A stretch of DNA of 64,000 nt, taken from contig CAWGDR010000004.1 in the NCBI GenBank assembly GCA_963821435.1, positions 255,596 through 319,595 of the forward strand, in the 5' to 3' direction. The stretch's first letter is position 1; each line of letters opens with the position of its first letter. A model generated the notes under the pieces. The model was not told the DNA's origin. It made no database searches and was given only the letters and a program-made list of their open reading frames with translations. The position numbers and the translations under genes were made by a program. This stretch comes from an uncultured Acidobacteriota bacterium (GTDB lineage: Bacteria > Acidobacteriota > Thermoanaerobaculia > UBA5066). This document shows positions 58,358-64,000 of this stretch, one piece after another.

Positions 58358-59779
58358 TCAGGCGGCGAGGGCGTCGACGACCCGTTCCAGCCTCATCCCC
58401 CGGCTCCCCTTGACGAGCACGACGTCGCCGGCACGGAGACGGGGGCGCAGCCAGCCGAGAAGGGGCTCGATCTCGAGAAAATGCGCGGCCTCGGTCCGGC
58501 CGCCCTTTGCCGCCTCGAACGCGGCCGCGGAGCGGGGGCCGAAGAAGGCGAGGAGCTCCGCCGATTCCGCCGCCCGCTCGCCGAGCGCGCGGTGCTCGGC
58601 CTCCTCGCCGGTCCCGAGCTCCAGCATGTCGCCGAGAACGGCCACCGCACGCCCCCGGCCCGCGACGGAGCGAAGCATCCGGAGCGCGGCCTCCATCGAC
58701 GACGGGTTCGCGTTATAGCAGTCGTCGAGAAGAATCAGCCCGGACGCGGTCTCCACGATCCGGGACCGGTGGGAGTAAGGCCGTGCCGCCGAGAGTCCGG
58801 CGGCGATTTCTTCGAACGAACAGGAAAGCGAAAGGGCCAGCGCCGCCGCGGCGGTCGCATTCATCGCATTGTGCTCACCGACGAACGCAAGCCGGACGTC
58901 GACCCTGCTCCGCTGTAGGTTCCGACCGGGAAGCGAGCGGCCTGTCCTGCCTTCCCCCTCTTCCCCTTCTAAGCAGATTTCCTGCCCTTCCGATCCAAGA
59001 GGCGTGACCCGAAGCAAACGGACATCAGCCTCCGCACTCTTACCAAAAGAAATCGTCCGAACCCCGGTCGCGATCCGCGCCGCCTGCGCCACGCAGCGCG
59101 GGTCGTCGGCGTTCACGACGGCCACCGCCCCGGGCCGGAGCCCGGCGTAGAGCTCCCCCTCGGCCGCCGCGACGCCGTCGAGGTCCTTCAGGAACTCCAG
59201 GTGCTCCGCCGCGACGAGCGTCACGACGCCCGCGTCCGGCCGTGCCATCGCCGTCAGCCGCGCGAGCTCGCCCGGGCCCGACGTCCCGAGCTCGACGACG
59301 GCGGCGCGGTGCTCCCCGGCGAGGCGGAGGAGAGTCAGCGGGACCCCGATCTCGTTGTTCAGGTTCCCCTCGGTCGCGAGCGCCGGGCCCCGGGTCCGGA
59401 GGATCGCCGCGACCATTTCCTTCACCGTCGTCTTGCCGTTCGAGCCGGCTACGGCGCCGAGGGGGATCGAGAACCGGCCGCGGTGGAACCGCGCGAGCGC
59501 GCCGAGCGCCGCGAGGGTGTCGTCCACCTCCACGAGCGCGCCGCCGTCCGGCGCGACGGCGCCCCGCCGGACGACCGCCCCGGCCGCCCCCTTCGCGAAC
59601 GCGTCGCCGAGGAAGTCGTGCGCGTCGAACCGGTCTCCCCGGAGCGCCACGAATAGGGCGCCCGGCGTCACCGTCCTTGTGTCGGTCGAGACGCCGTCGA
59701 AGGTGGGACGCGCCCCCGCCCGGGCGAGCCGGCCTCCCGTCGCCTCGAGGACCTCCCGCTCGGAGAACCGCGCCGTCAC
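58358..59779 (-). CDS. murF: UDP-N-acetylmuramoyl-tripeptide--D-alanyl-D-alanine ligase
   Basis: The gene is intact at 473 aa. The P-loop is 'GSNGKTTVKEM', and 'DDCYNANPSSM' is also present. The typical dcw-cluster neighbours (murE, mraY) are absent. The gene contains an atypical low-GC insertion (see findings). Confidence 0.85.
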   Translation of the reverse strand: MTARFSEREVLEATGGRLARAGARPTFDGVSTDTRTVTPGALFVALRGDRFDAHDFLGDAFAKGAAGAVVRRGAVAPDGGALVEVDDTLAALGALARFHRGRFSIPLGAVAGSNGKTTVKEMVAAILRTRGPALATEGNLNNEIGVPLTLLRLAGEHRAAVVELGTSGPGELARLTAMARPDAGVVTLVAAEHLEFLKDLDGVAAAEGELYAGLRPGAVAVVNADDPRCVAQAARIATGVRTISFGKSAEADVRLLRVTPLGSEGQEICLEGEEGEGRTGRSLPGRNLQRSRVDVRLAFVGEHNAMNATAAAALALSLSCSFEEIAAGLSAARPYSHRSRIVETASGLILLDDCYNANPSSMEAALRMLRSVAGRGRAVAVLGDMLELGTGEEAEHRALGERAAESAELLAFFGPRSAAAFEAAKGGRTEAAHFLEIEPLLGWLRPRLRAGDVVLVKGSRGMRLERVVDALAA

Positions 59780-59795
59780 GCCGCCCCCTTCCGCC

Positions 59796-61439
59796 TCATT
59801 CTCCCCGAGCCGCGGCCGTCGCGTCCGCGACGGGCCCGGCGCACGGGAGGCCGATCTCCGATCCCTTCGGAAGGTCCGGGAGGGGCGAGGCCGCGGCCGA
59901 CGCGGAGGCGAGGCGGGCCGCGTCGGAGAGGTCGAAGAGCGTGAGCGTCAGCTCCGCCCCGGGGATCCCGCCGGGGGGCTCGAGCGAAAGGCTCTCCCGC
60001 TCGGTCCCGATCGTTCGGAGGTAGCCGAGGACGACCTCCCGTTCCCGGAAGGCCGGGAGGGCGTGTGTCACGAGGATCCAGACGCGCGGGCTTCCACGGA
60101 AGGCGTCGAGCTCCCGGAGGACCTTCCGCGGTTCGTCGCGGCCGCAGGCGCCGAAGACGACCTCGCCGGGGGGGAGCTCGGCGAGGCCGAAGAGCGGGGC
60201 GTAAAAGCGGAAGGCGGGCGCGGCCCCGTAGAAGACGTAAACCGGGTCTCCCGGGCGCCGCCGCTCGCGGAGCCTCTCCAGCGCCGGGCGGACCGGCTCC
60301 GGACCGTACGGAGGGGGCTGCGCCCGGAGCGCGAGGAGCGGCGCCGCCGAGGCGAGGGCGACGAACGCCCAGCCCGCCGGGGGCGCGAGCCCCGCGAGGA
60401 GGCCGCGGATCGCCTCGACGGCGGCCGCGACGAAGAAGAGGAGCGCGGGGACGAGGAACGCCGTGAGCCGCCCCGGCGCCCACGGGTAGAGCTTCAACGC
60501 GGACGCCGCGAGGACGACGCCGACCGGGAGACCCAGCATCAGGGCGGCGTCGGGGCGCTTCCGGGAAAGCACGGCCGCGCCGGCGACGCAGAGGCACGCG
60601 AACGCCGGGGCGGCGGGGAAGAAGAGGAAGCCCGGGCCGAAGAGGTGCTCCAGGTGCCCCCACGCCCAGCGGAGCGGCTCGAGCCCCCTCGGGGGCCACG
60701 GCATGAAGCCGAGCGCCCAGTAGGAGCGGACGTAAGCCCGCCCTTCGGCGGTCATGAGGCGGAGGTTCGAGACGAGGGCGAACGCCGCCCCGGCGCCCCA
60801 GAAGGCGAGCGTGACGGCGAGCGGGAGGAGCGCGGCCCGGTCCCGCCTCCGGAGTGCGATAAAGGTGGCCGCCCCGAAGAGGCCCGCGAGCGTGAGGACG
60901 ACCGACTGCGACAGGAGGGCGAGCGCCAGCCCCGCGGCGCCGAGCCGCGCCGCCCGCTGAAGCGTCAGCCCCGCGGCGAGCGCCCGGGAGGCGAGAAGCG
61001 TGACGAGGAGCGTCGCCGCGATCTCCGTGGCGTACTGCTTCAGGTGCCCCGAGTAATAGACGAAGCCGGGGCTCAGCGCGAACGCCCCGACCGCGAACGG
61101 GACCGCGGCCCCCGTCAGCAGCCGCTCCGCGAGCTGCCGGACGAGGAAGCAGGAGGCGATCGAGGCCGCGAGCGGCAGAAGGCGCAGTCCGAGGTCGCTC
61201 CGTCCGAAAAGGTGGAAGAGCCCCCGCTCGAGGACGAGGAAACCCCAGGGCGCGATCTGCCCCCCCACCAGCGGCGAGAGGTAGGTCGAGACCGGCCGCT
61301 CGACGATCGTCAGGGCGACCGCCGCCTCGTCCAGCGTGAGCGACGGGCGCGCGAGGAAGTTCAGGAGCCGGAGCGCCACCCCCGCCCCGACGAGGAGGCC
61401 GAGGAGGGTCCGCGTCGCCGCGTCAGCCCTTCGGGACAA
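59796..61439 (-). CDS. large polytopic membrane protein, glycosyltransferase family 39 / ArnT-PMT-like (tentative), second copy
   Basis: The gene is intact at 547 aa with about 11 TM helices. Its topology is similar to the gene at 35628-37361. The C-terminal soluble domain reads '...PVYVFYGAAPAFRFYAPLFGLAELPPGEVVFGACGRDEP'. It overlaps the upstream ATP-grasp gene by 17 nt. Confidence 0.5.
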   Translation of the reverse strand: MSRRADAATRTLLGLLVGAGVALRLLNFLARPSLTLDEAAVALTIVERPVSTYLSPLVGGQIAPWGFLVLERGLFHLFGRSDLGLRLLPLAASIASCFLVRQLAERLLTGAAVPFAVGAFALSPGFVYYSGHLKQYATEIAATLLVTLLASRALAAGLTLQRAARLGAAGLALALLSQSVVLTLAGLFGAATFIALRRRDRAALLPLAVTLAFWGAGAAFALVSNLRLMTAEGRAYVRSYWALGFMPWPPRGLEPLRWAWGHLEHLFGPGFLFFPAAPAFACLCVAGAAVLSRKRPDAALMLGLPVGVVLAASALKLYPWAPGRLTAFLVPALLFFVAAAVEAIRGLLAGLAPPAGWAFVALASAAPLLALRAQPPPYGPEPVRPALERLRERRRPGDPVYVFYGAAPAFRFYAPLFGLAELPPGEVVFGACGRDEPRKVLRELDAFRGSPRVWILVTHALPAFREREVVLGYLRTIGTERESLSLEPPGGIPGAELTLTLFDLSDAARLASASAAASPLPDLPKGSEIGLPCAGPVADATAAARGE

Positions 61440-62382
61440 GGCCCGCTGCCCGCGGCCACGAGCCGGTCGGCTCGAACGGCCGCGGGCTCCGCGCGCGCTC
61501 CATCAGGAGCTCGGCCATCGCCCGGACGATCCAGTCGAAGTTCTCCTTGCCGACCGAGTGGAGGTCCGCGTCCGGCGCGGCGTTCATGAAGTCGATCGCG
61601 TACGGGACGCCGTCCCGCACCGCGAACTCCGCCGTGTTCAGGTCGTAGCCGAGGGCGTCACAGAGCGCGAGCGCGTCGCGCGTGACTCGCTCGACCAGCG
61701 CGGCCGGCATCGCCTTTCCCTTCGCGGCGGCGTAGCGGAGGTGGTGCGGCTCCTTCGGCGCGTACGGCATGATCCGGACCCGCTTCCGCCCCACGACGTA
61801 GCAGCGGTAGTAGTCGGTGAAGTCGATGGCTTCCTGCGCCATCATCGTCAGGTCGCGGGTCTTGTCGTACGCCGCGAAGAGCGCCTCGCGGTCGTCGCAC
61901 TTGTAGACATCCTTCCAGCCGCCGCCGTAGGCCGGCTTCAGGAAGATCGGGAAGCCGAGGTAGGCGAAGACGGCGTCCCAGTCGACGTACGTCAGGTTCC
62001 GGAACGACGTCGACTCGGTGCCGGGCGGGTGCTCCTTGTGGGGCAGGAGGACCGTCCGCGGCACCGCGACGTTCAGGCTCAGCGCGACGACGTTGTTGAA
62101 GAACTTGTCGTCCGCCGCGCCCCACATCGGGTTGTTGACGACCTGCGTCCCCCGGGCGATCGCGCACTTCAGCCAGGTCCGGTAGTAAGGGACCTCGTGG
62201 CTGATCCGGTCCAGGATCACCGCGTACTCGGCCGGGGCGTCCTGGCGGATGGCCCCGATCCGGACCGGCTCGGCCGCGACCGCCTCCCCGCCCGCCGCCG
62301 CGAGGCGGTTGATCTCCTCCACGAGCGCCCACGGGAAGGTGTTCTCCATGCCGAACAGGACGCCGATCTTCTTCAGGGCCAT
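61423..62382 (-). CDS. ATP-grasp domain protein (RimK/GshB-like fold; function unknown)
   Basis: The gene is intact at 319 aa. 'FPIFLKPAYGGGWKDVYKC' is the Gly-rich ATP-grasp loop, and the motif order matches the classical (non-permuted) ATP-grasp. Confidence 0.5.
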   Translation of the reverse strand: MALKKIGVLFGMENTFPWALVEEINRLAAAGGEAVAAEPVRIGAIRQDAPAEYAVILDRISHEVPYYRTWLKCAIARGTQVVNNPMWGAADDKFFNNVVALSLNVAVPRTVLLPHKEHPPGTESTSFRNLTYVDWDAVFAYLGFPIFLKPAYGGGWKDVYKCDDREALFAAYDKTRDLTMMAQEAIDFTDYYRCYVVGRKRVRIMPYAPKEPHHLRYAAAKGKAMPAALVERVTRDALALCDALGYDLNTAEFAVRDGVPYAIDFMNAAPDADLHSVGKENFDWIVRAMAELLMERARSPRPFEPTGSWPRAAGLVPKG

Positions 62383-62434
62383 CTCGGGCGACTCCGTTTC
62401 TTCCGGGTTCCGCGGATCCTAGCAGGGGGTCGGC

Positions 62435-62448
62435 TAGACTCCGCCGCG
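62435..62448 (+). promoter_or_regulatory. conserved motif CTAGACTCCGCCGCG immediately upstream of the esterase ATG
   Basis: TAGACT lies 8 nt upstream of the ATG at 62449. There is no SD. Confidence 0.4.
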
Positions 62449-63153
62449 ATGCTGCGGAGCTACGGAGCGTGGGAGAGCCCCTCTCTCGGCCGTCGGATGG
62501 AGTACCTATGGTTCGGGGAGCGCGGGCGGCCGCTCCTTCTCTTCCCGACCTCGATGGGGCGCTTTTACCAGAACGAGGACTTCGGCCTCGTCGGCGCCCT
62601 CGCCGACAAGGTGGACGCCGGCTTCCTCCAGCTGATCTGCGTCGACTCGGTCGACGCCGAGAGCTGGTACGACACCCGGGCTCACCCCCGCGACCGCGCC
62701 CGCCGGCACGACCAGTACGACCGATACCTCAGGGACGAGATGTTCCCGCTGATCGTCCAAAGGACCGGGGGCAACATCGCGGTCGGCGGCGCCTCCTTCG
62801 GCGCCTACCACGCGGCGAACGTCGCGGGGCGCTACCCGGGGCTCGTCACGAAGGCCCTCTGCTTCTCCGGCCTCTACCACATGGGGCGCTACCTCGACGG
62901 GTACTGGGACGAGACCTGCTACTTCCACTCCCCGGCGGCCTACATCCCGAACATGGACGAGGGGTGGTGCGGCCGGCTCCGAAACGTGGAGTGGGTCGTC
63001 GCGACGGGCGAGAACGACTCGCTCATCGCCGAGAACCGGGGCCTCGCGGAGATCCTTTCCCGGAAGGGGATCGGCTGCCACGCCGAGTTCTGGCCGGGCG
63101 TCTTCGGGCACGACTGGCCGTTCTGGAACGAGGCGGTGAAGCGGCTGATCTAG
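62449..63153 (+). CDS. esterase-family alpha/beta hydrolase (putative esterase / S-formylglutathione-hydrolase-like)
   Basis: The gene is intact at 234 aa. The nucleophile elbow is 'IAVGGASFGAY', and 'WPGVFGHDW' is also present. Confidence 0.6.
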   Translation: MLRSYGAWESPSLGRRMEYLWFGERGRPLLLFPTSMGRFYQNEDFGLVGALADKVDAGFLQLICVDSVDAESWYDTRAHPRDRARRHDQYDRYLRDEMFPLIVQRTGGNIAVGGASFGAYHAANVAGRYPGLVTKALCFSGLYHMGRYLDGYWDETCYFHSPAAYIPNMDEGWCGRLRNVEWVVATGENDSLIAENRGLAEILSRKGIGCHAEFWPGVFGHDWPFWNEAVKRLI

Positions 63154-63171
63154 AGAGGGACGCCGGGCCGC

Positions 63172-63957
63172 TCAGCGTTTGCTGGCGGCGGCGATCTCCT
63201 TGTCGGCGGCGATCGCGCGCTGGAGCGCCTCGGCGGCGGCGTTCGGGCGGCCGAGGGCGCCGTTCACGTTCGCCAGCGACCGCCAGAGCTCCGCGCGGTG
63301 CGGCGCGGCGCGCGCCGCCTCCTCGGCCGCCTCGAGCGCGAGGTCGAGGTTCCCCTGGCGCTCGTAGCCCGTCGCCAGCGCGTGGAGGATCTCCCACGAC
63401 TCCGGGAAGACGTGCTTGGCGTCGGCCAGGACCTCGAGCGCTCCCTTCCGGTCGCCGTCCCACTGGTGGTAGCGCGAGAGGAAGACGTAGTCCTCCGGGC
63501 GCCTCTCGTCGAGGCTGTGGGTGATCGACTCGAAGAAACGCCGCGCCGACTCCCCCGCGGCCTTCGCCCCTTCGAGCGACAGGCCGGACTCGAGGCCGAG
63601 GACGAGGGCCTGCGCCCCGGCGCGCTTCAGGACCGTGCTCTTCGGCCACGCCTTCAGCCACGGGTCGCAGAGCGACAGGGTTCGCTCCCACCCCCCCGTC
63701 CTCACGAGGCACGTGATGTAGAGCTCGGCGCGCTCGCGCCCTTTCTCGCCCGAGCGCGAGAGGTTCACGGGGTCGCCCAGCTCCGCCAGCGCCTCCTCCC
63801 ACCGCTCGAGGAGGACGAGCGTCTTGACGAGCGCCATCGGCGTCCTGGGAGAGGCGTCGGGTTTCCCCATCGCCTCGCGGAAGAGGGCCGCCGCCTCGCG
63901 GAGCTCCTTGAGCCGCTCCGGGCGGCTCCGCTCCGAGGCCTTCACGGCCACCTTCAC
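63172..63957 (-). CDS. TPR-repeat protein (may extend past the window end)
   Basis: Tandem TPR-like helices are present, for example 'ALEAAEEAARAAPHRAELWRSLANVNGALGRPNAAAEALQRAIA'. The frame remains open toward position 64000. Confidence 0.5.
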   Translation of the reverse strand: MKVAVKASERSRPERLKELREAAALFREAMGKPDASPRTPMALVKTLVLLERWEEALAELGDPVNLSRSGEKGRERAELYITCLVRTGGWERTLSLCDPWLKAWPKSTVLKRAGAQALVLGLESGLSLEGAKAAGESARRFFESITHSLDERRPEDYVFLSRYHQWDGDRKGALEVLADAKHVFPESWEILHALATGYERQGNLDLALEAAEEAARAAPHRAELWRSLANVNGALGRPNAAAEALQRAIAADKEIAAASKR

Positions 63958-64000
63958 GAGGAGCGCCGCGGCCGTCTCCAGCGCCGGCGTGTCGCGCCCC

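Overview
This is a ~70% GC bacterial chromosomal segment. The signalling gene content (NtrYX-like two-component system, two receptor-type Ser/Thr kinases, GAF-GGDEF, TonB-type components) suggests an Acidobacteriota-, Myxococcota- or Gemmatimonadota-like soil bacterium, but phylum cannot be fixed from sequence alone. I can support about 58 protein-coding genes, and I found no rRNA, tRNA, CRISPR array, transposase or integrase.

Most genes are housekeeping. From left to right they are lpxC, the NtrY/NtrX-like system, formimidoyltransferase, nadE, a methyltransferase and GT2, then glyA, rpiB, a dGTPase-like gene, folC and accD. After those come an Fe/B12-type ABC importer, yebC-ruvC, an OmpA-family protein, an AI-2E transporter, ftsEX, gatB, a GlcD-like oxidase and fba. 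The final stretch runs through an epimerase, a lipid A-type acyltransferase, queF, lepB, fur, purE and murF. Envelope and signalling accessory genes are interleaved: two GT39-like membrane glycosyltransferases, two ATP-grasp proteins, a CsgG-like lipoprotein, a multi-GAF-GGDEF protein and two Ser/Thr kinases.

A major caveat is that reading frames are broken by single-base indels in many obviously essential genes, and the breaks cluster regionally (about 1.5-4.8 kb, 11.6-17.5 kb, 25.3-35.6 kb, 50-52 kb). I interpret these as assembly or consensus indel errors rather than pseudogenes, and I annotated whole genes across the breaks.

The most interesting signals are:
- A pseudo-receiver + Ser/Thr kinase + TM + Pro-rich + TonB C-terminal domain architecture. 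It is probably a single gene split by an indel, and it sits directly upstream of a small helical ORF and an Fe/B12-type ABC importer.
- A strictly conserved 12-14 nt motif TTAGACTCCGCCCC located 6-9 nt upstream of the start codons of four genes in the 53-63 kb region (Smr, FabH-like, ATP-grasp, esterase), with a relative at lepB. It looks like a leaderless-mRNA -10 element and/or a regulon operator.
- A FabH-like / unknown membrane protein / circularly-permuted-type ATP-grasp cluster.
- A peptidase C26 (PuuD-like) + crotonase fusion, translationally coupled to a secreted MBL-fold hydrolase.
- Two inverted copies of a ~45 nt REP-like hairpin element.
- A canonical U-tract terminator lying 240 nt downstream of queF.
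- A low-GC, rare-codon insertion patch inside murF.
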